Part shown: piece by piece, positions 13,351 to 26,884 of the stretch
Numbering within the stretch: the stretch's first letter is position 1
Layout: each line of letters starts with the position of its first letter
Origin: Paraspadella gotoi
Taxonomy: Eukaryota > Animalia > Chaetognatha
Assembly (NCBI GenBank): GCA_051294375.1
Contig: CM119265.1
Location: 13,446,124 to 13,510,123, forward strand
DNA length: 64,000 bases
Direction: 5' to 3'
Program-made: the position numbers and the translations under genes
The notes under the pieces: generated by a model
Told to the model about the DNA's origin: nothing
Seen by the model: the letters and a program-made list of their open reading frames with translations, nothing else
The model's database searches: none

Positions 13351-13782
13351 GAGAGAGAGAGAGAAGAGAGAGGAGAGAGAGAGAGAGAGAGATAGAGAGA
13401 GAGAGTACAGACAGACGAATCACCGAAACTACACACAACAATATTTTTTTATACTCTTTCAAATTCGTTTCCATCAAACAAAAATTTTAAATTCTTATGG
13501 TTATAAATGTTTAAAGCCTCGTGGGTTACCATTGCATTAATTATTTAATATAATTAGTGCCGAATGTGAATCGAGAGATTAACGATAATTGAATATTCAA
13601 CTGTATTTTTTTTGGTTTTTTCTTTGCATTTGATTATCTTGCTAATAGAAATAAATCACGAGTGAAATTGTGTAGCGAAATAGCGGAAAAAAACTTGGCT
13701 AAATATTTAAAGTTTTCATTCTCGATGTCAAGAAATTGTATCAGTATTGGTAACTTACTTTTCAACTCTTAGCTTAACTTTC

Positions 13783-15786
13783 TTATCTGGCCCGAGCCGC
13801 CATTGCTATTCCATTTTCCCCAGAGGTCATTGTCACAAATCCGATCCCGAATGCGAGGGGCGACTTCCCATCCCTCGCCAGACTGCAAAGAAAGGTCACT
13901 TTTGCCCAAACCTGCCATTTTTTCAACCGCGACGCCCCCGCGCTAACGACGCTGTCCGCCGCCGAAATCTACGTCAACACCGACGCACAATTTTCCGACG
14001 TCCATCTCCTTGGCAACGACGTCTCTCAAAGGCAAAGCGAAAGTCCTCGGTCGCTAGACTGCGGTCAGAGCAGTTCTTGCCGCGCTGGACGTCATCGCGC
14101 GGCGCCGTGCTGCGTTTTTGCGGCGCTGAATCGAGTCTGGTCGGATGACAGAGTCGCGCGACCGCAGCGGCGCCGGGCTTGGCTGATATGGAGGTCGGCG
14201 GCGGCTGCGACGGCTGCGGCGGCTGAGACGGGCGAGGAAGACGCTTCAGCGCAGTCGCCGGTCAAAGTATTTGTGCAAATAAGCGATGTCGCTCGCGACG
14301 TCCATCGCTTTGAATCCCGGAACGTGACGCATGACGCCGCGTCGCGACCCAACGTCGCAACGCCGAGAGGCGCCACGATGGCGCGGGTGGCGCCGTCGTC
14401 GAGAACGCCGTAGCGCCGGAAGTGGGAGAAGTAGGGAGGGCAAAAGGATGAGGGGACGGAGGGTATGGAGATAAAGGACGATAAGAGACGACGACGACGA
14501 CGACGACGACGCTCCGTTCAATTCGCCGAAAACCAACCGGCGTTGAAATCGATAACTCCCATGTCTCTCTTTGACGTCGTGAGAGAGTCGAGATGATGCC
14601 GATTCCTGATCGTATTCAGTCTCCATCTGTCGCAGCATCTGCACGACGTCCCGGTGCTGCTTCGGCGCCACCACCTCGCTCGTCTCCAGGTGCGTCAAAT
14701 TATCTGGCGCATACTCATCGATCGATAGAGGCAGTCGTTGATCAGAGACGAGAGCGAGCGCGTCGGGGAGAGGGTTGGGGTGGGAGGTGGGGATGGAGGA
14801 TCGCTCGAGGGGGTGGCGAAGATTGGAGGGCGACAAAAGGAAGAAATAGAATCGACGCGTTACGAGGTGGAGACAGGGCGTCGGTCGGCGTCGCGATAAA
14901 CGAGGAACTCTATCGCGCCAAGAACTGACATTAGCGACGTGAAGGAACCGAAGACTAAAATCGCTTTTATTCTCTCCCATTGGCCCGTCGGTCCCTGCGA
15001 GGATTCTCGTTCCAACGGATTGAATCAGGCAGACGGTCAGTGCCGACGTCCGTCGTCGTCGTCGCCGCCGTCTCCGGTTGGAACGTCACGCGGGAAACTT
15101 GGCGGTCCTCGTCGTCGTGTATACGCCTTTCAATCGTTGATTGACGACGTCATGGGAAGGATTTATGACTTCATTCGCGCTTTTGTCCACGTGGAAACTC
15201 TCCTCGGTTGAGGACTTGAGGAGATGCTGAGGCGACGAGCAGGAACGCGTCGTCAAGGATATCCAAGATGGCGGACCTGCGGAGATTTATTCATTGCATA
15301 TAAATTGTTAAATGATATTATGTGTTTTTCATATTATTCGTCTCTTGAGATTTTCAACGAACTAAGGACATATGACGAGGCATGAAGGGATGTCATCGGC
15401 TACTTCCATTCAAGCATCGGGCACGGTATCGGCGCGCATCGGGCACGAGCCTCGAGCGCGGCTCGGGCGCGGCATCGGGCGCGGCATCGGCGCGGCTCGG
15501 GCGCGGCATCGGCGCGCATCGGGCGCGCAATCGGGCGCGGCATCGCGGGGGCCCAGGATCGTTCATCCAAAACGAGCGAAAAAAAACCCATTAAATCAAA
15601 TCTCGGCCAGATGGCGGAACCGGAAGTTAATTCGACGCCGGAAGAATATATCGACTAAAGAATTAAATTTTATGAATATAAGTCGGCATCATTAATTAAA
15701 TAGAATTCGTTTTGAGATTAAGATCTATGGCCCTCGTCTGGCTATTGCGTGAGCGAACAGCGAGCCCATTTTCTTTCTTATTCTCA

Positions 15787-15818
<32 letters not shown>

Positions 15819-15832
15819 TCCTCTCTCTCTCT

Positions 15833-15863
<31 letters not shown>

Positions 15864-17640
15864 ATCTTCTCTCTCTATCTCTCTCTCTCTTCCCTCATTG
15901 TTTCCCATCACGCTCAATCTCTCTCTCTCTCTCTCTATCTCTCGCGCGCTCCTATTCCCAACCTCTTTCACCCTTCCCCCCCCCTCCCGCCTCTCTCCCT
16001 TTCTCTCTCGACATCTTTTCAATTTAGCCTCCGCTTTCTCTTTTCTCTCTTCAACTAACAAAAGGCGAAGGAAAAGGGGTTATAATGACCAAGAGACCAG
16101 ATCTAATCTCGTCTCTTCTTTCCTTCTTTTTTTTTATTCCTTTCCTTTCTTTTTTCTTCTTTTTTTCCACTTTTTTTTTTATCCTTTATAGTGTCGATAT
16201 CTTTTTATTTTTCCCATAAACCGTTTTTTTTCCCCAAAGACATGCTCTCCCAAGACAATGGAAGTAAAAACCTTTCATTCGCCTCGTAAAAAAAAAAAAA
16301 TTCCCTTTTCCCCTTTTCCGTTTCATGTCATTTTTATTTTTATTTTTACGGAACAAACGCAACGATAAATGTTTTTTTCAGAAGTAGTTACACGAATTTA
16401 AATTCACATTCAACGTCGAAATTGTAATGACTTCAACTGCCCCTAGTGAGTCAATGAAACGTTTTCCCTCCACGCCCACCCAGTCCCGCTCCCTTACTTT
16501 TTGTCTTCACGGGACAGCGAATGAGCGCCGCCTCGAAGTCGACCCTCGTTCCTCCATTCGCGGCGCCCCCTGTCTGCCCACTCTTGCTGCGGTTTCCCAA
16601 CGCCGTTCTGCCTCCTGATTCGATGACTTCGACGCCGGCTTCGACCGGCGTCATCGACTTAGTCTCCTCGAACCAAAGTTGACAGAAAATCGACGCCGAA
16701 TGAGCTGAAAAGCGCCGGTCGACGATGGAGCGAGAGACGAGGGCGACGACGACGATGCTTCCGGACGTTTTGTCGTCCGCGGCGTCAACGTTGAGTTTTC
16801 TTGGGTCGAAAAACGCCGAGTAGGCCAAAACCGGCGCCGCGACGCCGCTTTTAGTGTTGAAGATGAATCGACGCCAACCGGGTGAAGACGCTTTTTCGCC
16901 TGAGACGCCGCAGACGCCGACTTCGTGGATCCCGCGGTCGGATTTGACGTCAAATACGGAATCGCAACTCGAAGACGAAAACGAACAATTTTCCGACTTG
17001 TTTTCCTTCTTATTTCGGTTATGATCAAAATCTTTGGCGGTTTTAAATAGTTTTCGCCTGAAACTCGATTTTCTATTGTCGAACCCTTTCAGCTGTTTAA
17101 CTGTTCTTTTAAATTGCTGCTGGTGTTGATGCTCCTCCTCTTCCGCCTCCTCCTCCTCGTCGTTCACATCTTCATCCATGGAATGTGATCCGCGTGTATT
17201 GGTGTTGACAACCGCGCCATCTTTGATTGCGGCGAGTTTATCAGCACGGGGCTTAACTTCCCAAGCGGCTTTGGACCCAGACTTAAAAGTTGAGTCGGCG
17301 TCGGAGTCGTCGGCTGAGTCGGCGTTAGAGGCTGCGGCTGCGGCTGCGGCGGCAACGTCGGCTGAGGCGTCGGCTGCGGCAGCGCAGCGTGATGCGTTTC
17401 TTGCGTTCGTGGCGTCAGGAAGGCTTCTGAGCTGAAATCGTTGTTTCTGATGGAGAGTATATAAAATACGTAACTTAGTTGCATGTTTAAAATTTTTTTG
17501 AATTTGAAACCACTTTATTCATTTACTACGAAGATTTTCCTCTCTACTGGCTTTTCTTGATTCTCTCTGCTGTCTCGTCTCGTCGCTCTCTCTCTCTCTC
17601 TCTCTCTCGCTCTCTCTCTTCTCTTCCTCCCTCGCCCTCT

Positions 17641-17683
<43 letters not shown>

Positions 17684-18386
17684 TTATTTTGCTCGTTTCT
17701 TTCCCCATTTTTCAATTTTTCAATTATTTCTTGCCGTCAACTTTCATCTATTCAGGTTGTAAATCAGAAGACGCGCATTCTGCTGAAAGAATGAAGAAAA
17801 GAACAAAAAAAACGACTTACGAATGAGAAAAATCTTATTTGTCATGTATAAAATTTATGAAATCAAATCAAGTCGATAAGAGCAAAGAGGTAAAAAGACA
17901 AAGAGAAAAAAAAACTAATTATATAAACTATTAAAAAGATTAAAGATTTACAAAACGGAGGAAGCATAAAATTTAAAAAAAGGATAAAACAAATTGGATT
18001 TTTAAAAAATATTTTTCTTGAAGGTCTTAACATTCTTATATAAACTTTTGTCTAAAAAAAAGAAGTTAATCGAATATAACAAAGCAAATGATCTCCTTAT
18101 TCAGTCCGCACCTGACGAGCAAACGGGCAACGTCTTCACGGCGGAGGCACTTACCCTCTCATCCCTTACCCATTCCTCACCTCCTCGTCTCCCCGACGAC
18201 GTTGATTTCGTGACTCTGCGTCATTCTCGACGCGTGCGTCACACGCGCCACTTCCACCGCGTGCGTCAACAAATTGTAAACGAACCCCGCGCCAACCACG
18301 ATCCAGAACGTGCGCCACAGGTATCGCGGCGGCGGCGAGGGATGGCGCGATGGATGGCGCCACGCCATCGGACAAGACAGAGACAT
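13783..18386 (-). CDS. GT92/DUF23-like protein, copy B (exons 18386-18112, 17446-16498, 15276-~13943/13783), with indels
   Basis: Exon 1 MSLSCP..RYLWRTFWIVVGAGFVYNLL is a type II TM anchor. Exon 2 has a P/Q/T-rich and acidic stalk followed by the GT92 N-terminal region. Exon 3 is the GT-A domain. Junctions are canonical; the gene lies tail-to-tail with the TRPM gene. Confidence 0.75.
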
Positions 18387-18438
18387 TTTCTCTGTTGAAG
18401 TCGTGTTAGGCGAGGGAGAGAGAGAAGAAGAGAGAGCA

Positions 18439-18470
<32 letters not shown>

Positions 18471-19187
18471 AGGGAGAGACAGAGACGAGGAGAAAGGAGA
18501 GAGAGAAAGAGAGGAAGAGAGAGAGAGAGAGAGAGGAGAGAAGAGGAGAGAAGTACAGAAGAGAGAGAGAGAGAGAGAGCGGAGAGAGAGAGGAAGATGC
18601 AGACGGAGGGAGAGCGAGCGGTAGGCCGGAAGTAAACCGCCAGTTGAGTCGCTCGCGGAAAGAAGCGAAAAAGGTAGATTTATTTTTGGCGCAGTTTTTG
18701 TTTTTGTTTGTTTGTTTGGGTCGCGTTTCTTCCGTTTGGTCACTGGTTTGTTTTCTCTCTCTATTCTTCTTCTTTTTCTTTCTTTGATTTCAGATCTTTG
18801 GGATTTTAGAATTCATTAATCATTTACTTTTGACTACAATCCTTTCATTTAGGAATATTCCTTTTGATGAAGTTGGCAGCAAAGGAAAGTTAGGATGATT
18901 GTCTTTCCATAATCGTCTGTAGAGCGACATCTGTAAAAAAAAAAAGTTAAAGTTTTAAAAAAGTTAATGGTATGTGAAAATTATCCAACGAAAAATTATT
19001 CCGATTAAACCAAGTCGGATCTATTTATTTTAAAAAAATAAGAAAAAATTTTAAAAACAAAAATTTTGTCCTGATGGTCATTGATACACTTTTTTCTGCG
19101 CTACAAGATGCAGCAATCAAAATTTTTTTTCGAGGTAGATACAAGCGTCAGAAGTGGGAAATNNNNNNNNNNNNNNNNNNNNNNNNN

Positions 19188-21530
19188 AAAAAAAACCGAG
19201 AGAGATTTGTTTTCGCGCGCTTGTTTTCCCTTGTTTCCTTTTCTTATTTCCTTCATTGGTTATGATCAAAATGCTTTGGCGGTTTTTAATAGTTTCGCCT
19301 GAAACTGATTTTTCTATTGTGTGTATAACCCTTTCAGCTGTTTATAACCTGTTTTTTAAATTGCTTGCTGACTGTGTTTGATGCTCCTCGCTCTTCCGCC
19401 CTCCTCCCTCCCTGTCGTTCAGCATCGTTTCATCCAGGAATGTGATCCGCGGTGATGGTCGTTGACAACCGCGCCATCATTTGATTGCGGGGCGAGGTTT
19501 ATCACACGGGCTTAACTCCAAGCGGCTTTGGACCGCCAACTTAAACGTTGAGGTCGGCGTCGGAGTCGGTCGGCTGAGTCGGCGTTAGAGGCTGCGGCTG
19601 CGGCTGCGGCGGCAACGTCGGCTGAGAGCGTCGGCTTGCGGCAAGCGGCAGCGTGATGCGTTTTTGCGATTCGTGGGTCAGGAAGGCTTCTGAGCTGAAT
19701 CGTTGTTTCTGATGGGAGAGAGTAATATAAAAATACGTAAATTAGTTGGCATTTTAAAATTTTTTTGAATTTGACCACTTATTCACTTTACTTCGAAAGA
19801 TTTTCCTCTCTACTGGCTTTTCTTGATTCTCTCTCGTCTCTGTATCTGTCTCTCTTCCTCTCTCTACTCTCTGCTCTCTCGTCATCTCTCATCTTCTCTT
19901 CGTCTCTCTCTCTCTCTTCATCTCACTCTTCCTCTCTCTCTCTTTATTTCTCCCCGTTTCTTTCCCCATTTTCAATTTTTTCAATTATTTCTTGCGTCAA
20001 ACTTCATCTATTCAGGTTTGTAAACAGAAGACGCCGCATTCTGTCTGAAAGAATGAAGAAAAGAAGCAAAAAAAACGACTTACGAATGAAAAATCTTATT
20101 TGTCATGTATAAAATTTTATCAATCAATAAATCAAAGTCGATAAGAGGCAAAGAGGTAAAAAAGACAAGGAGAAAAAAAAAAACTAATTAATAAAACTAT
20201 TAAAAAGATTAAAGATTTACAAAATACGGAGGAAGATAAAATTTAAAATAAAGGATAAAACAAATTGGATTTTTAAAAAATATTTTTTCTTGAAGGCGTC
20301 TAACATTCTTTTATAAACTTTTTGTCTAAAAAAAAGAAGTTAATCGAATACTAACAAGCAGTCCGCACTGACGAGCAAATCCGGGCAACGTCTTCACGGC
20401 GGATGGCACTACCGCTCTCATTCCTTACCCATTCCTGACCACTCCTCGTCTCCCCGCCGACACGTTTGATTTCGTTGACTCTGCGTCATTATTCATGACG
20501 CGTGGCGGTACAACGCGCATGCAGCACACTTCACCGGTGCGTCAACAAATTGTAAACGAACCCCGCGCTCAACGCAACGATCCAGAACCGTAGCGCACAA
20601 GGTATCGCGCTGCGTGCGGCGAAGGGATGGCGCGAATGGATGGGGCGACACCAGTACCGCCAACTCGGACAAGACAATGAGACATTTTTATCTTCTTGTT
20701 GGGAACTGTAACAGATACGCTTACTAAGAGCGGTGTTGTATGTGAGGAGTAGGGAAGAAAGATGGAAATGAGAGTTAGAGAGTGGAGAAGAAGAGAGAGA
20801 AGAGTGAGAGTGAGAAGAGTCCCAGGGAGTGGGGGATGGCAGAGAGAGAAGTACGAGACGAGACAAAGGAAGGGAAGAGGGTAGGTGAGGAGAGGGAATG
20901 AGAAACGGAGAGAGGAGAGGGTTGGACAGCGAGAGCGGCTAGGCGGAAGTAAACGCGTCAGTTGAGTGTGCGCAGGAAAGAAGCGAAAAAGGTAGCATTT
21001 TAATTTTTGGCGGCAGTTTTTGTTTTTGGGTTTGTTTGTTCGACATGCGTTATGCTGCCTTGATTTTCTTCTACGTTTGGTCAACATGGTTTGGTTTTCA
21101 CCTCTCTCTTCATCTCTTCTTCTTTTTTCTTCAGATCTTTGGATTTAGAATTCATGCTAATTCATTTTACTTTGACTACAATAACTTTCAATTTTGGGAA
21201 TATTCTTTTGAATGAATTGGCAAGCTAAGGAAAGTTTGGATAAGATTGTCTTTTTCTCCAACTCGTCTGTGTAGAGGACATCTGAAAAAAGAGTAACAAA
21301 GGTAAAGTTCTAAAAATTAATGGTATGTTAAAATTATGCCAACGAAAAATTATTCCGATTAAAACAAGGTCGGATCTTTGATTTTAAAAAATAAGAAAAA
21401 ATTTTAAATACAACAAAAAATTTGTCCGGCATGGTGCATGATAACAGCTTTTATTTTCTTTGCGCTTCAAGATTGACAAGGAATCAAAAATTTTTTTTCG
21501 AGGTAGATTACAAGCGTAGAAGTGGATAAT
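19188..21530. repeat. Direct, error-rich re-copy of ~16980-19162 (GT92 exon 1 and part of exon 2) after a 25-N gap
   Basis: Same sequence in the same orientation with scattered single-base indels; starts immediately after the 25-N gap. Confidence 0.85.
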
Positions 21531-22025
21531 CTCAAAAAAAATCTTTCTGAAAGCAATGAAAGCAGACATATCCATTTTAAAGTAACAGTTATGCGAATCA
21601 TGGGCCAAAACAATTGGAAGTATGTTTTTTTATTCTAAGATAACACTTGCTTTGTAAAGTCACATTAAAAAATAGAAAAAATACCTCAACTTGTATACAA
21701 GTTACTTTGGCTTTGAAAACCAATCATTGATTGTGAAATGGGTACTCCCAAATGTAAGCAAAAATTGCGAGATATTTAAAACGATAATAAAGTTAAAACG
21801 TAGAAGCTTTCTAATCGAGAGTTTTTAATTATTGAATTTGCGCCTTTAATTTCGTCCGCAGCCAATTTCTCCTTCTCTTTTCGAAGTCTTTTTGTTTTCG
21901 TGTCGTCGTCGTCGTCGTTTGTCGTTCATCATCATCGGCGCTGATTTGCCAAGGCGTCGGCCTCAAGAGAGAAATTGCGTCTCGAAAGTTTTTAATGAAG
22001 TTGTTCCTAAGAATGAAGATGAATC

Positions 22026-22060
<35 letters not shown>

Positions 22061-22941
22061 GCAGAGAGAGAGAGAGAGAGACGTTATTCTCTAGAGAGCA
22101 GAATGCGAAGTGGTCTACGCCGTCGCTCATCGCGTTTTTTTTTTCTTTTCAAAGGAGCGAAGTAATTTTCTTCCATTCTCTTCTCAACTTCCTGTTTTTT
22201 CTGGTTTTTTCGCTTCTCTCCGATTTTCTTTCCTCCTTTTTCTTTTCCTCTTTCCCATTTTTTTTTTCTCCTTTCCTTCCTTTCTTTTCCACTCGAGAAA
22301 GAGACGTTTTCTTGACTTTCGCCCGCCGGAGGGAGTTTTTCCCGCCAGATCGTCCCACTGGCGGCGGCGACCGGCGGCGGCGGTGGCGGCGACCGCACGC
22401 GGCGGCGGCAGCATTTTTTTCTCTCAGTGTTTACATCGACGATCTGTCGTTCGTGACGTCGACTTCGTCGTCGTCGTCTTTCATGGCGTCAATAATTTCT
22501 AGACGTCTGCCCACGAAGTGTGGCAAGTGCAAAGTGGCAAGTGGCAAAGTGGCAAGTGGCAAGTGCAAGTGGCAAGCTGGCAGACGCGGTGATCGTCTAG
22601 GTGGCGGTGCGCTGGTGTAGGGTTCGCTAAGCAGATGGCGGCCCCTTCGAGAGGCGGCGGTGTCGGTTACGGCACAACCTCCGGAAAGAAAGAAGGGAGA
22701 CTTCGACGAACGTCAAATTGTTTTCCTCTCGAAGACAAGTGGCGGCCGCCGGCGGGGAAGAAAAAGGACGCAAGCGGAAGAAGGAAGACAAAATGGAAAG
22801 GAAGATCGAAAAAAAAAGAACAATCGACAAACGGGGAAAGAAAAGAGTCGAAGGGGGGGAAACAGAAGGGGAGTTTGAACGGAGTAGAAGAGAGAGAAAG
22901 AGAGAGAGAGAGAGACGAGAGAGAGAGAGAAGAGAGAGAGA

Positions 22942-22992
<51 letters not shown>

Positions 22993-23160
22993 GAGAAATA
23001 AATTGGTGGCGCGCGTTGGTTTTCCCATATTTTTCAGCGTCATCAATTATCTATTAAACAAAACACTCAGTAGAAATTCGTAAATTTTGGTGACCTTAAA
23101 ATTTAATGGTTAAAAGTTAATATCTGTTGGCTTAGTTAATGGGAAAAGAGAAGAGAGAGA

Positions 23161-23242
<82 letters not shown>

Positions 23243-25045
23243 GAGAGAGAGAGAAGAGAGAGAGAGAGAAGAAAGAGAGATCTTTGGGATGGAACGAGAG
23301 GAAATAATCACGATGGATATAGTTTCTGAAACGTGTTTCGAATACTAATGCTCGTCATTCTGTACATGTTAAACGAAGATAACGAGCAATAGAAATACAG
23401 ACGCTTAATTCGCTACGAAATAAAATCGATGTTACCAAAGCCTGAATGTTATCCCGGGAAAAAAATAGTTTTGGATTTTTAAGGTTTTTCTAATTTTTAG
23501 ATATTTTGCGTTTCTTTTAACGACTCTCTCTCTTCGTAGGTTTTCTCATTGATGAAAAGGACATAATAATGATAAGACGCAAAATTCCTATAGATATGAC
23601 TATTAAGGGTACCGGAGAGATTGTGAGATTTGTGTTCGCTTTCCATTTCTGTCCGAATTGAGCCTTTCCTCTTTCAAAAACGAAAAGAAGTGACGACTCC
23701 GATCGCAACTTCGATCACGACCGAATCCGACTTCGAACGATGTCCTCTCCACTCAAAGTCTCAACTGCGACGTCGATGGCCAATTTTCCCGCCAAAATTC
23801 AAACTTAAACGCGACCCTTCGACTCTACGACTTCGTGATTCTCAGACTATAAATGCGCGTAAGTCAACTTCGGCTCGCGATTCTTTCGCTTTTGACTCTC
23901 CACATTCTTCCTTTCCTCCCTTCCACTTTCTCTCCCTTCTTTATCCCGCATCCCACTCCCCCACCAGCCCCCGCCCCTCCAGCCCGATTCCCCCGCCCCA
24001 TATTTTTTGTTGCCCTCAATTCTTCACGCGGTCATTCGAGGGTCAGGCGTTCACGTCGTCGCCAACGACGTTTCTTCCATCTCTCGTTGGAAATTTCCTT
24101 TGGCGTAAAAACGAGTCACCGTCGATTCCTTCGCCGTGTCCCCCCTCCCACCGGCGCAGCTCTTTTGCGTTCCGCCAACCCGTCGCCTACACTGGATGCT
24201 CCAATCATCTCAACCCTCACATTTCCTTCAAGCTCCCGCTCCGTCACACCACTTCCCCCCCTTCCCCGTCGCTTTCCTCCACTCCACTCCCACCCAACTT
24301 CTCGATCATCGCCCTCTTCCCCCTCAACCCATCACCCCATCACCCCTCTCCAACCTTCCCATCCTCCATTCGCCCTCTACTCGTGGACACAACAAAAGAG
24401 CGGTTGGCATGTAAATCGATTTTTGAGTCTCGTCTTTTCTCCCGCCATTTTCGCTTTTTAAGGATTTTTTTACTCTCTTCCACTTCGCCCCCGCACTCCC
24501 GGACGGCCCTCCCCCGACGGCGCCGTACCCGGCGCAGGCGGCGCCCCGCCCCATTTCGCCTCTCAACGACGTATCGGTTATCGGACGACTTATTGTTTTT
24601 CGTTTCCAACGCCGCTGAAGCCGCCGACGCCGCCAACCACGCCGCCGACCACGCCGCCGCCAACCACGCCGCCGACCACGCCACCGACGCCGCCGACCCC
24701 TCCGCCGACGACCCCGTCCACATCGCCGTCACCGTTCTACCGCTTATTTCTAAGCATAAATCCCCATCGCCGCGACCCTCCATTTTCTTTTGTTTTGCTG
24801 TTTCGCTGTTTTGTTTTTTTGTGTTGTACTTTATATTCGCTTTATCGATCGATTGGGAGATGGTCCGCCCATGTGGCACGGTGATGCAGGGTCCGGGATG
24901 GAACTCGAAAACTTCGGGTCACCCCTTCTACATCAGTTTTTACGATGTAGAATATAGGGCCATTACCTTTTAACTGGCTCAAGCATACAGTCATACAGTC
25001 ATAAATATCTATATACATATATATACATTATATATACATTATACA

Positions 25046-25076
<31 letters not shown>

Positions 25077-26821
25077 ACATTTATACCGCCACAAGATAGC
25101 TTATTCAAAGCTGATAAAAACATCAGAAACCTTATTAATATAAAATTATAATGCAGTTATAAATCAGTCTCTCATCATGAAAGACTTTGCAACGGATTTT
25201 CTTCTTTTCTTTTATTTTTCTTGCCAGAACGAAAGGCGTCAATGAAGTAAGACGACTTCGTTTACCGGACCCATGTCTTCTTGACCAGCTCTCCCTTATC
25301 TCTCTTCCAAAGTTTAGACATTGCATTACCGTTCCAACTCCTTGCCACCTTCAGCGTCGAGGCACTAAAAAAACCCCCNNNNNNNNNNNNNNNNNNNNNN
25401 NNNNNNNNNNNNNNNNNNNNNNNNNNNNNNNNNNNNNNNNNNNNNNNNNNNNNNNNNNNNNNNNNNNNNNNNNNNNNNNNNNNNNNNNNNNNNNNNNNNN
25501 NNNNNNNNNNNNNNNNNNNNNNNNNNNNNNNNNNNNNNNNNNNNNNNNNNNNNNNNNNNNNNNNNNNNNNNNNNNNNNNNNNNNNNNNNNNNNNNNNNNN
25601 NNNNNNNNNNNNNNNNNNNNNNNNNNNNNNNNNNNNNNNNNNNNNNGTCGAGAAAAAGAGAAAAAAGAGAGGGGAAAAAGAAGGGGAAAAGAAAGAAAGG
25701 CAAGAAAATGAGAGGAAAGTGAAGAAAAGAGAGGAGAAGGAAAAGGAAGGGAAGAGAAATTAGAATAGTGAATAAAGCAGTAGAAAAGTGAAGTGATGAA
25801 AAAGAGAAGAAAGAGAAGAAGAGGAAATTTAAAAAAAAAAAGAATAAAGTCAAGGAAAATTAAGAGAGGGAGAAATAAAAGATAGAAAGACGAGGATTTT
25901 TTGTAAGGTGACGACAACAACTCTGATTTTTCTTCCTTTTTTGTCGTCTTCGTCGTCGCCGCTTGGAGCGCCTGCTCTGTTTTTGTTCTTAGCGCCTTTT
26001 GTCTGGTTCGAGCCTTCTTTTGTCTAGCGTCGTCGTTGTCGTTGTCGTCGTTGCTCTTGGTCGTCGTTGTCTTCATCGACGTCGTTGTTGTCATGTCTTT
26101 CGTTTTGGTTTTTTTTTTTTTTTTGTTTGCTTCAGTTTCTTCAGTTTCTTAACGATGTCATTTGTTCTTTAACGATAAGTTAAATTTAAAAATACGGGTG
26201 CATCCGTTTTGATAAGACGTCTATTCTCTACAAGTCTTTCATTGACAATTTTTTTCCTACTATGTATATGTTAATATAACGATAATTTCTTGAGACAAAT
26301 CTTGAAATAGAATTGAGAAATGCAGTTTCGTTATATTTTTTTTTCTTTTAGTACCAGATATAGAAAGTCTACAATCGAATCACGATCATAAAAAATTGAA
26401 GTACACAGAAACGTTGAGACATGAAAATAGCGTTAAATTAAGCAGAAAACTAAAAAAATATGATTAGTAAGAAAGAAGAGAAAAAATTTTATAAAATTTC
26501 TAAAAGTCGAAGAGTGAAAAATTCGTGAAGCGAGAAAATAAAATAAAAAACTTTACTGAGAAGGAAAAAACGAACGTCATATCATTTTTTTTTTTTTAAT
26601 CGAGCACTGAAGTGAAATTCATGTGAAAAAATGTGAAAAAATGTCGTCGTCGTCGTCGTTATTCTTCAAGGCGCCAAGCGTCACTATGAAAACAAGAAAA
26701 AACTCTCAGAAATAAATGAGCGCAACGGAGTCAACTTGCCAAATTAATTCTTTTTAATTCATTTAAAATATTTTTCAGTCGATCATCCGAAAGGGCTGCT
26801 ATTCTGTTCTTTCTTTCTAGT

Positions 26822-26884
<63 letters not shown>

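Noticed and set aside
4816-20700. GT92 copies A, B and B' as true frameshifted pseudogenes
   Set aside because: The indels differ between copies and cluster in homopolymers; the clean copy is open. They look like read errors.
596-23850. Giant TIRs of a Polinton/Maverick or endogenous virus
   Set aside because: The arms contain ordinary intron-bearing host genes; no polB, integrase, ATPase or capsid motifs; error pattern points to an artefact.
23630-24973. 447-aa Pro/Ser-rich ORF
   Set aside because: C-rich low-complexity sequence with no domain motifs, a non-ATG start and probable raw-read noise; the AADH repeats come from a 12-bp repeat.
24855-24990. Possible tRNA/SINE head (minus-strand GAGTTCCATCCC B-box-like motif)
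   Set aside because: No acceptor stem, no convincing A box and no second copy in the window.
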